From: the human T2T-CHM13v2.0 reference genome, Homo sapiens
Assembly: GCF_009914755.1 (NCBI RefSeq)
Contig: NC_060939.1
DNA: 64,000 nucleotides
Reading direction: 5' to 3' (one strand)
Made by a program: the position numbers and the translations under genes. Position 1 is the stretch's first letter; each line of letters opens with the position of its first letter. The notes under the pieces are model-generated. The model saw only the letters and a list, made by a program, of their open reading frames with translations. It searched no databases and was not told the DNA's origin. This document shows positions 45,118 to 60,322 of this stretch, one piece after another.

Positions 45118-45635
45118 AGTCCAAGTGCAGCGGCTCATACCTGTAATCCAAGCACTTGGGGAGGCCAAGGCAGGGGATCACTTGAGGCCACGAATTTGGG
45201 ACCAGCGTGGGCAACACAGCAGAACCCTGTCTTTACAAAAAAAAATAATAATTTTTTTCCTTTTTGGTAGAGACAGGGTTTTACTGTGTTTTTTCGGGGG
45301 GAAGAAAAACTGATGTCTGGAACTGGCAGGGAACCTGAAGAGTTTATGTGGTTTACCATTGTGTCTGTGCCTTGGACTCTTTTTAGCAAGTAAAATCTAA
45401 TTGAGTTTAATTGAATGTGTTCCCAAATAAAAGGCAGAGATTTTCAGATTGGGCAGAGAAAGTAAAACCAACATCAAAAAATTAACCTTCAGTCCCAGCT
45501 TACTCGGGAGGCTAAGGTGGGAGCATCACTTGAGCCCAGAAGTTCAAGGTTACAGTGAGCTATAATTGCACCACTGCACTGTAGCTTGGGTGACAGAGCA
45601 AGACCCCATCTCTAAAAAAAGAAAAAAGAAAAAGA
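45118..45635 (+). mobile_element. AluJ split between its monomers by a complex insertion
   Basis: Left monomer 45118-45250; right monomer about 45476-45635. Confidence 0.75.
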
Positions 45636-45639
45636 AATC

Positions 45640-45960
45640 AGCTGGACATGGTGGCTCATGCCTGTAATCCCAACCCTTTGGGAAGCCAAGGCATGCGGAT
45701 CACCTGAGGTCGGGAGTTCAAGACCAGCCTGACCAACATGGAGAAACCCCGTCTGTACTAAAAATACAAAACTAGGTGGGTGTGGTGGCGCATGCCTTTA
45801 ATCCCAGCTACTTGGGAGGCTGAGGCAGGAGAATCACTTGAACCTGGGAGGCAGGCAGATGTTGAGGTGAGCTGAGATTGCGCCATTGCACTCCAGCCTG
45901 GGCAACAAAAGCGAAACTCCATCTCAAAAAAAAAAAAAAAAAAAAAAGAAAGAAAAAGAA
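45640..45960 (+). mobile_element. AluSp-like
   Basis: 'gaggtcgggagttcaagaccagcctgaccaacatggag'. Confidence 0.93.
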
Positions 45961-48365
45961 AAACAACAGTGAAATAGTGGAAACAATAAGCCAGAAGATA
46001 GTGGAAAAACATCTTTCAAGTACTGAAGGAAAATCTGGCAACCTAGAATTCTGCACCCAACAAAAATAGAAAAACCAGAAATTGACTTTCTCCATAAAAG
46101 CAGATAGGAATGTGCATCTACCTAAATGAATGAAGAACACTGGAAATGGAAATGTGTGTGTTAATATTTGGGTGAATACAATGACATTTTTATATTTTGA
46201 AATCACTCTGAAAATAGATGATTAAAGCAAAGTAACCATGTATTTTAATTTTAAAACAAATTCAGAAGTAAAATGTGACAACAATCATGCAATAATGGGA
46301 GAGGAAAATGTAAGTATACAGTTGTAAAGCTCTCATACGAGATTTGAAGTGGTAATATTATTTGAAATCAGACTTTCATAAGTCAAGATGCACATTATAA
46401 ACTAAGAGCAAATAGCCATCAGTGAAAAAATAACTAAGAAGATAAATTAAAAGTATGAAAGGTGCTCAGTTGACCCAAGTGAAGGCAGAAAAATATAAGA
46501 AAGGAGAACAAAGAACAGATGGGAAACTATATTAATATCAAGGTATATTTCAGGACAAGGGATGGTGCCAAGAAAAAAGAGGGTCTTTCGTAATGATTAC
46601 AGGAGCAATTCATCAAAACAATATAATAACCCTAAATGTTATGCTCCTAATAACATAACTTCAAAATACATGAAGGAAAAAAAATCTGAGAATTACAAGA
46701 AGAAACAAATTCACATTTATAGTTGGAGATCTCAACATCCCACTGACAATAATCAGTGAGAAGTAGATAGAAAATCAGTAAAAATATAGCCAACTTAAGC
46801 AACATTACCATAATCCTGACCTAATAGACATTTATAGAATACTCCATCATACATATTCCTTTCAAGTGAACATGCACTATTTACCAAAATAGACTATATC
46901 ATAAACCATAGAAAAATTCTCAATAAAAAAGGACTGAAATCATCCACAATTCTTCTGACAACAATTATATTAAATTAGAAATGAGTAACATGAAAATCTG
47001 AAAAATCTTCAAATATTTGCAAATAATAAACATGACAGCAGAAATCAATGAAATAGAATAACAATCAGAAATAAAACTAAAATCCACTTTTTAAAAAGCA
47101 GTAATAAAATTAGTTCATTATTATCAGGAATTAAAAAGGGACATCACTACAAATCCTACAACTATTAAAAAGATGATTTTTAAAGTATTATAAACACCTC
47201 ATTACGGTAAGTGTGGTAACTTAGATAAAGTGGACATATTTCTTGGAATATCCAAATTATCGAAGCTCTGAGTAGCTCTGTATCTATTTTTAAAATTGCA
47301 TTCATAGTTAAAATATTCGCACAATAAAAATTTCAGACGTACCTGGCTCCACTGATTATTTCTACATTCAAGGAAGAAACAATAACAATTCTCAAAGTTT
47401 AGATAAAGAAAAAGGGATCAAATCATTAGTCTGGGTTCCTACCTCAAGAAACTGAAAAAAGGAGAGCAAAATACATTCAAGGTAAGCAAAAGAAAGGAAA
47501 TAATAAAGATAAAAGCAGGAATTTATAACACTAGAAATATAAAAACAATGGAAGAAAACCAATAAATCAAAAGCAGCTTTTTTGAAAAGAAAATAAAAAA
47601 TGATAAACATCTAGCAAGTTGACAAAGATATAAAAGAGAGAGACGTGTCACCAGTATGAGGAAGGAAACAGGAGTTATTACTGCAGATCATGTAGCCATT
47701 AAAAGAATAAGGGAATATTATGAACAACTTCACACTCATAAATTCAACAACTGAGAAGAAATGGATCAATTTCTCAAAAGTCACAAGCTATGAAACTCAA
47801 TCAAGAAGAAATAGAAAATCTGATTAGTCTTACAATCATTAAATTAATTGAATACATAATAAAAATCTCCCGCAATGAGATGTTCAGGCCCCGATGGTTT
47901 TACTAGAGAATTCCACCAAACATTTAGGAGAGAATTGACACAAATTTTATGCAATCACTTCCAGAAAATAGAAGAGAAGGAAACACTAACTCATTTATGA
48001 AGTTAGTATTACCCTAATACAAAATTAAACAAAGAGTACAAAAAACCCCCAAACTATGGACCAATATCTCCCATAAACTTGGATGCAAAAATCCTCAAAA
48101 GTATTAGCAAATCAAATCCAAATGCATAGAAAGAATTACACGTTTGACCAAGTGGGATATATTCCAGAGATATATATCTGGTTCAATATCTGAAAATCAA
48201 TTAATATAATAATTATATCAATAGGCTAAAGAAAAATCATATAATCATATAGATATCCTCAGAAAAATATGACACAATCCAACACTCATTCAAAAGACAC
48301 GCCTATCACTCGGGAAATTGCAGTTCTGTGCCAGGAACCAGGGACAAAAACCAAATATATTTCAT

Positions 48366-48692
48366 CTTGTGTATCCATAGGTTCTGCATCTGTGGATCCA
48401 ACCTATCATGAATCAAAAATATTTAAAAAAAATGGAGTTCGTATTGAACATATACAGACTTTTATCATTATTGCAAATAATACTGTATAAGTATAATAAT
48501 TATTTACATAGTGTTTACATGGTACTAGGCAATATAACTAATAATAGAGATGATTTAAAGTATATGGGAGGAGGCGCATAAGTTATATGCTAATACTATG
48601 CCATTTTATATCAGAGACTTGAACACCTGGGGATTCTGATTGTCAGTGGGAGGTTCTGGAACTCTGCCCCATTGATATCGAGGGATAACTGT
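48366..48692. mobile_element. MER2 (TcMar-Tigger)
   Basis: 'ttctgcatctgtggatccaacc...gatatcgagggataactgta'. Confidence 0.8.
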
Positions 48693-48696
48693 ACAT

Positions 48697-49149
48697 GAAG
48701 TTGACGCTTGAACAATGTGAGCATCAGGAGCTCCCCTCCCCGACATATATGTGGATTTTTGTGCAGTCAAAAATCCACATATGACTTTTGACTCCCCAAA
48801 GCTTAACTACTAATACCCTGTTGAGTGGAAGACCTACTGATCACACAAACAGTGAGTGAAAAAATCTTTGTATGTTATATGTATTATGTACTGTATTCTT
48901 ACAATAAAATAAGCTAGAGAAAAGAAAATGTTATTAGGAAAATCGTAAGGAAGATAAAATATATTTACTATTCATTAAGTGGAAGTGAGTCATCATAAAG
49001 GCCTTCATTCTCATTGTCTCCATGTTGAGTGAGCTGAGGAGGAAGAGGAAGGGAAGGGTTTGGTCTTGCTGTCTCGGGGTGGCAGAAGAAAATCCACATA
49101 TAAATAGATTTGCACAGTTCAAACCCATGTTGTTCAAGGGTCAATTGTA
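48697..49149. mobile_element. Tigger2a-like
   Basis: Terminal inverted repeats 'agttgacgcttgaacaa' and 'ttgttcaagggtcaattg'. Confidence 0.85.
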
Positions 49150-52100
49150 TGCATATTTTATTAGATACACAATAAGGGATATTATGTAGCTACAATAATC
49201 AAGACAATGTTTATTAGCAAATAATAGATACACAGATAGATGGAACAGGATAAAGAACCCAAAAATAAACCCACACAAATAAGCCCAACTGACTAATAAA
49301 GGAATTCATTTCAACAGAGATGATAAAGCAATTTAATGGAGGAAGGATCGTCTTTTTAACAAGTGACGCTGGAACAATTTGGCATTCATAAGCCAAAAAA
49401 CGAACATTGTCCTAAACATCACAGCCTACACAAAAGACTAACTCAAAGTGCATCACACACACAAATGCAAAACATAAATTAGAAAACCTTTTTAAAAAGA
49501 CAAATGAAAATCTTCCACGATATATGGCTAGGCAAAAACTTCTTAGACTTGGCACAGAAATCATGATCTAGAAAGGGGAAGAAAAAATTGATAATAGGAC
49601 TTCACCAAAACTTTTGCTCTGTGAAAGCCTATGTGAAAAGAATAAAAACCTGGGAGAAAATATTTATAAACCACGTATCTAAACAATGACTTGTATCTAT
49701 AATGTATATAGAACACTTAACACTCAACAGTTAAAAATCAATCCAATGAGAAATTAGCAAAATATATTTCACTAAGTAGGACAGACAGATGATGAACATA
49801 TGAAAAGACGTGCAATATCATTAGCCGTTAGAGAAATGCACATTAAAATCGCAGTGAAATATCACTATACACCTGTCAAAATGGCTAAAACAAACAGGCA
49901 AACTAACAGTGATGACACCAAATCCTGGCAAAAATGCCACATAACTGGATAACTCATAGATTTTTGGTGGAAATATAAAATGGGACAATAGTATGTACAG
50001 CCTCTCTGGGAAAGGTTCAGCAGAAACACTTCTTACAAAACACTTACAGTATACTTATTATACAACCCAGGAATTACACTCTTGGGCATTTATCCCAGAG
50101 AAATGAAAACTTATGTTCACAAAAAACCAGTATGTGAATATTCACAGCAGTTTTGTTTATAATAATTGAAAACTGGAAACAGCTCAAATGTCCCTCAGTG
50201 GGCAAATGGTACAACTGTGGTACATGCATATGGAACACTCAGAAATAAAAAGGAACAAACTATTAATATGCTTAACAACTTTGGTGAACTCCAGGAATTT
50301 GTGCCCACCAAAAAAAAGAAAAATAAAGCCAATCGTAAGAAGTTACATGTGATATGATTCCATTAATATAGCACTCTCGAAATGACAAAATTATAGAGTT
50401 GGAAGACAGATTAATGATTGCCAAGGGCTCAAGATACAGGGAGAGGCTGTGACTATGAAGGTTAGTAAAGAATTGTTGATGGGTCTGTTTGTATCTTGAC
50501 TGTGGCGGTGGTCACACAAATCTATAAGTAAGGTAAAATTTCATAGAAATAAATATCCACACACAGACAAATGAGTGCATGTAAAGCAGGTGAAATTTGA
50601 ATAGAGGCAATGGATTGCATCAATGCCAGTGTCCCACTTTTGATACTGTACTCTTGTCATGCAATATGTTACCACTGAGTGAAATTGGGGGAAGAGTTTA
50701 TGGGATGTGATTATTTCTTAGAACTGCATGTGAATCTATAATTATCGTAAAATAAAGAGTAAAAAATGTATAAATACCTCATATACTGGTGCTTAGTCTA
50801 CCACTAAAATTTGGAGATGACTCAGAAGTTGTCTCCAGAACCTGAACTGAGCAGCCTAGCTGGGGTCTCAGGTGAAGGAGCCCTGCTCAAGGGGCTGGAT
50901 TACCCCCATAAACTCAGGCTTAAGGTACAGCAAAGCCAGCCTTGGTGGAGAAGTGTGGGGTTGAAATATTTTGATAATTGATATTTTAATAGAAGCATTT
51001 CAGTAGTCATTATGAGGGGGGAAAGAGGAAAATCAGTAAATAAATGTAGAAGGAATGAACAAAATAGAAAAATCACCATAGTGTAAACTAGTAAAATAAG
51101 GGATTCAGATAAGGATCATCAAGAGATGCTGAAAAGCAGTAAAGGCAGGGTAATAAGGAACACGATATTCCTGCAGTCTCATAACATCACCCCATAGAGT
51201 GCTTGCGGACTGGAAAGGGTAAACATACCTTAGATAACGGAGCACCATTACACATTTAGCTATGCAATACAATTAACATCACTAACAGAAACTTCCTAAT
51301 ATTATGTGCCTCTTGGTGCAAGGTGGTATGAAATACACAGAAGCCGTATTCTTGCCAAAAATATTTAGTACAAATCTAAACAAGCTTTTAAATCTAGTTT
51401 CTCAGTTGTATGAAATATGGAAAATAGAAGATTCAACCATGAATCCAGAATACAAAATATTCCACAAGCTCAGTTCCCTCAATAAATCAATACCACGACA
51501 AAAGAAAAAAGGAGAGGGCTTTCTTTATTGAAGAGATGCAATAACAAAATGTAATATGCGAATGTAGACTGTATTCTTGTTTTAATAAAATTATAAAAGT
51601 CATTTTTGAAGCACTTGGAGAAATTTGAATATGGACTGTGTACGAGATGATAGTGGGGATTAGTTTAATTTTCTTCGCTTTGATTATGGGGGTGTCATTT
51701 TATAGCAGGATATTTCCATTTTAAGGAGATATATAATGGACATTTTTTAGTGGTGAAATGTCATATTGACAGTATCTTCCTTCTGAAAGAAAAAGTATGG
51801 AAGAGACAAAAATAGATCAGAAAGAGCTTTTCCCCAGTGTCTCAGAGACGTTTTCTACCTGGACTGGATGTTGTGTACTGGATGCGCTCCGAATGTGACT
51901 TCAAAGGGAACGTAGTTGGGTGCTTACTAAGTGCCAGTCTTCTTACACAGCAGGCTTTTAGGGATTATCTCGTTTAGTCCGCACAGCAATCCTCTCAGTT
52001 GAAATGCAGTAGATTGTCTATTAAGATTATCTGAAATAAGAATCTTCTCGGGCAGATGAATTGGTTCTGAGAGTCAGGAGAGTGCATCAGGAAGTGAGAT

Positions 52101-52223
52101 CATGGAAAAGTGGCTTTCTTAAGAAGGGAGTGAAGCTTCAAACATGGATTCACTTTTGGACATGTAGCGAATCGAAGATTTGGATTCCTTAACCGAGAAT
52201 GCTTTTAAGAAATTGAACTTCCT

Positions 52224-52697
<474 letters not shown>

Positions 52698-52836
52698 TCA
52701 CTTTACATCCCTTAACTTCACATTCAGTTTTGAATGAGTAACAATAATGTGTGCAGAGCCTACCAAAGATGCAGAAAGGGAAAGCTCAGAACAAGCAGAA
52801 ATAAAAGCTGTAACTTCTGAAAAAACTGAATTAATA

Positions 52837-53225
<389 letters not shown>

Positions 53226-53435
53226 TTAGGCAGAACTTTTAGGCTTACATAGCATCAAGTAGTCTTTTCTAGGTATCTAAACGCTACAACCCCTAAAGAC
53301 ATGAATGGAATGGAGAAGAACCCAGTAGCTCCAGACATTGGACACAGTATACATTCTTCTTTGAATCTGTGTGATATTTTGAACTCTGTGTTGAGCTCTT
53401 CACATCTTGAATTAAATGAGGAAATTAATTGTGTT

Positions 53436-53569
53436 GATATACCTAATGCTAAATGACGAGTTAATGGGTGCAGCACACCAGCATGGCACATGTATACATA
53501 TGTAAGTAACCTGCAATTGTGCACATGTACCCTAAAATTTAAAGTATAATAAAAAAAGAAAGAAAAAAA
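53436..53569 (+). mobile_element. Very short L1PA3-like 3' end
   Basis: 'gatatacctaatgctaaatgacgagttaatgggtgcagc...aaagtataataaaaaaa'. Confidence 0.92.
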
Positions 53570-53602
53570 TGAAAGATTTCCAAAGGATTATGTGAAATTT
53601 TA

Positions 53603-54036
<434 letters not shown>

Positions 54037-54239
54037 TAGATAAACACAGAAGAATTTATGAATGATGATGAACAGGAAATGGAGAAAATTCTAATATCAT
54101 GCGGTACTTTGTCAGCCAGAGTCAGTGACAATTATTAGGCTGATATGTTGACTGCCATGCCAGGGATGATCAAATCTCTTACCATCCACTGTCTGGAGGT
54201 GCCAACACCTGCTGAACTGGCTTTCCAGATCAATGAATT

Positions 54240-55455
54240 ACAGTCAGACACTGTGTAATAATGTTTCAGTCAGTGACAAACCGCGTATACGACAGTGATC
54301 CCATGGATTATAACAGAGCTGAAAAATTCCTATAGCCTCTTGAAGTTGTAGCCATCGTAACATAGTGCAGTGTTTTCCTCCCATGTTTGCAGTGATGCTG
54401 TGAAAATAAACCTATTGCACTACCAGTCTTATAAAACGGTAGCACGTAGAATTATGTACAGTATTAATGCTTGATAATGGCAATAACTATGTTGCTGGTT
54501 TATGTATTTACTATACCATAGGTTTTATTGTTATTTTAGAATGTATGTTTCTACTTATAAAAAAGGTTAACTGTAAAACAGCCTCAGGCAGGTTGTCAGG
54601 AGTTATTCCAGAAGAAGGCACTGTTATCTTAGGAAGTGACAGCTCCATGCGTGTTGCTGCCCCTGAAGACCTTCCAGTGGGACAAGTTGTGGAGGTGGAA
54701 GACAGTGACACTGATGCTCCTGACCCTGGGTAGGCCTCGGCTAATGTGTGGGCTCATGTTTTAATTTTTAACAAAAAAGTTTAAAAAGTCGAAAGAGTAA
54801 AAATTAAATTAAAAAAGCTTATAGGATAAGAATATAAAGAAAGAATTTTTTTTATAGCTGGACAATCTGTGTTTTAAACTAAGTATTATTACACAGTAGT
54901 CAAAAAGTAAAAAACAAAAACAAAAAAATACTAAAACGCTCATAGGGTAAAAAAGTTACAATAAGCCAAGGTTAATTTATTACTGAGGAAAAATATATTT
55001 TCTTATAAATTTAGTGTTGCCTAAGTGCACAGTATTTGTAAAGTCTACGGTAGTGTACCGTAATGTCCTAGCCTTCACATTCACTCACCACTCACTCACT
55101 GACTCACCCAACGCCACCTCCAGTCCTGCAAGCTCCATTAGTGGTACCTGCCCTAAACAGGTGTACCATGTGTGTCTTTTATACTGTATTTTTTACTGCA
55201 CTCTTTGTATGTTTAGACATGTTTAGATACAAACATACTTACCGTTGTGTTACAGTTGCCTACAGTATTCAGTACAGTTACATGCTGTGCAGGTTTGTAG
55301 CCCAGGAGCAGTAGGCTGTACCACAGAGCCCAGGCGTGTAGTAGGTTATGCCATCTAGGTTTGTGTAAGTGTACTTAGTGATGTTCGCACAGTGATGAAA
55401 TTACCTAACAATGCATTTTTCAGAACATATTCCTATCATTAAGAAACACATGATA
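54240..55455 (+). mobile_element. Tigger3b-like (MER7 family), ~1.2 kb
   Basis: 'cagtcagacactgtgtaataatgtttcagtc...' through '...cattaagaaacacatga' with characteristic internal motifs. Confidence 0.85.
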
Positions 55456-56336
55456 TTTGGCCATGTTGGAATGGATTTTAGGGTCTCTAACAGTTGAGGA
55501 TAGTCTAGTTCATGTAGATTTGAACCTGACAAAAGTGACTTATGAGAAATTGCAAGAATTCTTGGCAGGTTTCTTTTTATGAAGAACTCCCTTTGTGCTC
55601 ATTTTGTCACCTTTACTTTTGTCACCTTTACTTTCTATAACAAAATAAACCATGTTACATGAAATAATTCTATTGAATTTTGATTTTGAGAGAGAACTTT
55701 CACCAGTTAACACGTTGCTGATTTTGTTTTCCTCTAAGTTTTTAGATTAATATCAGATTAGGCAAATTATACCATTAGTGATGAAACTTAATGTGAATGA
55801 TTGTTTCTGAGGGGAAAAACCTCGAAACAGTGAGATTTTTACTCTCTCAGTTAAATAATGCAATGCTGATTGATTGAGTTTTAAAAACAGTTTTTATTTT
55901 TTAAAGCAGCAGCCGAATTCTCTTAAGTGGAGGGATCGCATAGGTGTCCTGGAGCTCCACCATGGTGAGTGGAGTCACACTTTACAATTTTATTTATCCA
56001 GCTTTATTTGTTGACTTACATTTAATAAGAATGATTTTGTCACAATTCTAAAAGGCGAAATGATTTCTAGAAAAAATAATATAAATATATTTACTAATAT
56101 ACCCGTCCTTTGCCAATCTCTTGTCCTGCACATGTGTTTAGAAGTAACAAAAACAAGCTGTGTCCTATGGCAAGCTTACGGGAGGCCCTCCCCTGGTTGG
56201 GCATGTTGGACTTGATCATACTGAACAAAATTCATCTCAGAGAACAAGAAATTACTGCAGACTTTAGCAGCACCCGAAGTGTTACTCTGTCTAATTGGAT
56301 CATCGGAATAGTCAAGTTTTTAAAAGTGTCACTCAC

Positions 56337-56640
<304 letters not shown>

Positions 56641-56979
56641 TCACTCACAGAAATAGCTAACAGAAGAAATTGCCTTACAGGAAAAATCACGACTTAAGAA
56701 GGAAGTCACTTATCTTTGTAATAGAATGTGTCATCAGACTGAAGAAGCAGCAGCTCTCCAAGTTACTCCTCGCCATTAACCAAAATTTGGAGGTGTACAC
56801 TTTCAAGGACCACAGTTATTTCTTAGAACATACAGTGCAATTTTAAAACTGTGTTCTTGAAAGGAATCGTTTACAAAAAGTTATAGCACAGGAGTTTTTC
56901 ATGAAAATGCAAATGTCACTTCTGCTGAATGGAAGGCTAAAGAGAAAAGGCAAAGAAAGAGACTCAAGACATACGAAGT

Positions 56980-57279
56980 GGGCCCGGTCGTGGTGGCTCA
57001 TGCCTGTAATCCCGGCACTTTGGGAGGCCGAAGCAGGCGGATCACCTGAGGTCAGGAGTTTGCGATTAGCCTGGCCAACATAGTGAAACCCTGTCTCCAC
57101 TAAAAATACAAAAATTAGTGGGGCGTGGTGGTGGGCACCTGTAGTCCCAGCTACTTAGGAGGCTGAGGCAGGAGAATCGCCTGAACCTAGGGACAGAGGT
57201 TGCAGTGAGCCAAGATTGCGCCACTGCCCTCTAGCCTTGGCAACAGAGCAAGACTCTGTCTTAAAAAAAAAAAAAAAAA
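56980..57279 (+). mobile_element. AluS
   Basis: Full Alu with A tail. Confidence 0.95.
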
Positions 57280-58250
57280 GTGGACCATTTCTAGGCATTG
57301 GATGGTTGCAGAGGAGATGCCCTCATGCACCTACAGAAGTGGAGGGTATGCCCACCAGGTCAGTCCCCATAAGTAGACGTGCAAAGCTCATCACGCCTCC
57401 CTGTTGTCACCAAATGTCTCAGACCTCCATGGGCTGCATGTGGACAAAGCTAGAGAATATTTTATGACAATGCTACAGCAAAAACCTGAAGATTTAAGCA
57501 AAATGCCTCTCTGTGATTATGGGGGTTGAAAAGCATAGCCAGGGAGCAGCCACTGTCATCAGACCAGCTGCTGCCATAAAATGCCTCACAGCCACAACTT
57601 CTGGATCTCTGAAGTTAAACCAGACTTTAGCTCTGAAGTCGGGCTAAAGTAAAAGACACTTCCTTAACTTAGAACTGTGAAGAATTTAATAGAGAAACAA
57701 GGCTGAACACATCTGAATTTTGAAGAGCTATTTATGACTTCATGTCGTATATGACAAATTTTATTATCGTTCTCTTTAAAATCGAGCAATTGATTCTCAT
57801 CATCCAAAGGGTGAACCTGTTTTTAATAAATGAATTAACTATGAGACTGCTCATTAAAATGTAATATTGCAACTATCTATGGAAGAATAGATTATACAAT
57901 TTTCAGCCAGCATAAGAAAAACAAAAAGATTTTATTTGAACTATTAAAAAAAGTAATTTTCCTGTCAACTCTGTACTTTTTTATATACATTTTTATAACT
58001 TTGCTTTAAAAATTTCTTGTGAAACGATTTGCAAATTACATATAGTATAATAGTAAAATAAAATACTTTGGCCAAAAAAAGGATATTTACTAATATGCAA
58101 TGTAGCCACACTTTAGAAGCTTATACAGACTTTATAATTGTCCTTGAAGGCCAGAAGTTTGTTTTGTCAGTCACTCTGCTTCCTTGGGTTCCACTGGCTT
58201 GGAGGGGCTCTCACCAGCATCTTCCATTGTCCCTGAAAGGGTTGTAGAGG

Positions 58251-59142
58251 TGTGCATTAGTTTCCTGGGGCTGTCATAACAAAATACTGTATAGTGAGTG
58301 TGGCTTGACCAACAGAAATGTATGGTCTCACAGTTCTGGAAGCAGGAAGTCCAAAATCAAGGTGGTGGCAGGGTTGGTTCTTCTGAGGGCTGTGAGGGAA
58401 AGATCTGTTCCTGGCCTCTCTCCTTGGCTTGTAGATGGCTGAGCTATAGTTTTGTTATTTTTTCCCTCCAAATCCCATGTTGAAATGTGATCCCCAATGT
58501 TGGAGGTGGGGCCTGGAGGGAGGTGTTTGGGTCATGGGGGCGGATCCCTCATGGAATGGCTTGGTGCCCTCCCTGTGGTGATGAGTGAGTTCTTTCTCTG
58601 TGAGTTCATGCAGGAGCTGGTTGTTTAAAGGAGCCTGGTGCCTCCTCCCTCTCTCTCTTACTCTTTCACTCACCATGTGACATGCCTGCTCCCCCTTCAC
58701 CTTCCACCATGAGTAAAAGCTTCCTGAGGGCTCACCAGAGGCAGATGCCAGCACTATGTTTCTTGTACAGTGTGCAGAACAATGAGCCAAAATAAACCTC
58801 TTTTATTTGTAAATTACCTAGTCTCAGGTATTCCTTTATAGCAACACAAAACAGACTAGTACAGCTGCCTTCTCCCTCTGTCTCTTCAGATCATCTTCCC
58901 TGTATGTATGTGCATCTCTGTGTCCAAATTTCCCCTTTTTATAAGGACACCAGGTCATATTGGATTAAGGCCCACCCTAATGACCTTATTAATTTCCCTT
59001 TTTATAAGGACACCAGTCATTGGGTTAGGGTCCATCCTAATGACCTCACTTGAAATCCTGCCTCCAGATGAGATCATGCTCTGAGGTATTAGGGATTAGG
59101 ATTTAACATGAAAGTGAGGGGGATGCAATTCAGCCCATCACA
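58251..59142 (-). mobile_element. MLT1B/C LTR split by an MST LTR
   Basis: 'cattagtttcctggggctgtcataacaaaatac' to 'aattcagcccatcaca'. Confidence 0.85.
58442..58863 (+). mobile_element. MST(B-like) MaLR LTR nested in MLT1
   Basis: 'catgttgaaatgtgatccccaatgttggaggtggggcc...gcaacacaaaacagactagtaca'. Confidence 0.88.
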
Positions 59143-59489
59143 GGGTGGATTCCCCTTCTGGGGCTGTGTTACTCAAACCATCCCAGGAAGGGTAACAGGG
59201 CCAGAGGAGCTGAAGAATTGTGAGCCCTTGTTTACCAGGCTTGGGGGGTTCTGTCTTGCACTACTACCCTGAAAACCCTACTGGTTGCCAATTGAATTTA
59301 TCAGGGAACTCCAGTGCCCAGTGACAAAGGCTGGAAATCTTTTCTCCTAAAGATCTTTAAGGGTGCACCTGCCCTCACAGTCCCTCTGGCTCTGAGCTTG
59401 TGGCTCTATCTGTTCCCTATGCCCACATGAATGAGTTCTGCCTCAATCCCTGCTCCCCACTGTGGGGAACCAAGTACCAACCTCAACTT

Positions 59490-59645
59490 GCTGGGCAGAT
59501 GCTACGTGACAGTCTAAGTGCTAAGCTCTTTACAGACATGGTCTCATTTTATCTTCCTCATAAGCCAAAGAGGTAAAGAATGACATTACTGTTTTACAGA
59601 TGAGAAGGCCACATTGTGAAGAAATTAAGTGATTTGCCCGAGGTT
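59490..59645 (-). mobile_element. MIR
   Basis: 'gttttacagatgagaag...ttaagtgatttgcccgagg'. Confidence 0.65.
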
Positions 59646-59819
59646 TGTGTTGATCATTTCATTAAATGAAGTATCATATCTATCATACTTTTTCATTTAT
59701 TAGAAACAAAATACCACTCATGGTAAGAACAAAGATGTGGAGGAGCAGTAGAAGAACAGAGAAGTAGGAGTGGAATTTCATGAGTCCCCAAACCGAAGAC
59801 CAATACCTATGATTAGAAA

Positions 59820-60322
59820 TACAGGGGACTCCATGTTCATAGTGGCGTTATTCACAATAGCCAAAAAGTGAAGTCACCCAGGTGTCCTTGTGTGGATGAA
59901 TGGATAAGCAAAATGTGGTCCATGTGTATAATGAAACATTACCCAACCTCGGAAAGGAAGGACATCTTCTATACGCCAGAACATGGATGAACCTCGAGGA
60001 CATTATGCTGAGTGAAATAAGCCAGGCACAAAAGAACAGACACTGTGTGATTCCACTTACATGAGGTGTCTGGAGTGCTCAGTCTCATGGAGACAGAAAA
60101 TAGAATGGTGGTTGCCAGGGGATAAGGAGTTGGGGATAGCATGTTTGCATTTAATAGGTACAAAATTTCATTTTAAGAAGATGAAAGTTTTATAGATGGT
60201 TGGTGGTGATAGTTGCACAAAAAGGTGAATGCATTTAATGCCACTGGACTATATACTTAGAAATGACTAAGATGATGAGTTTTTATGTGTATTCACAACT
60301 TAAAAATAATTTTTAAAAAAGA
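59820..60322 (+). mobile_element. L1MB 3' end
   Basis: 'atggatgaacctcgaggacattatgctgagtgaaataagccaggcacaaaa' and 3' UTR. Confidence 0.85.

Larger units (their letters stand above)
45961..50766 (+). mobile_element. L1MC/MD-type element, degenerate, with nested DNA transposons
   Basis: Colinear decayed ORF1 end, ORF2 and 3' UTR ending 'aactgcatgtgaatctataattatcgtaaaataaa'. Confidence 0.8.

Noticed and set aside
57215-57245. CTCF-like sequence in an Alu (ggctagagggcagtg on the minus strand)
   Set aside because: Lacks the conserved CC at the start of the core motif.
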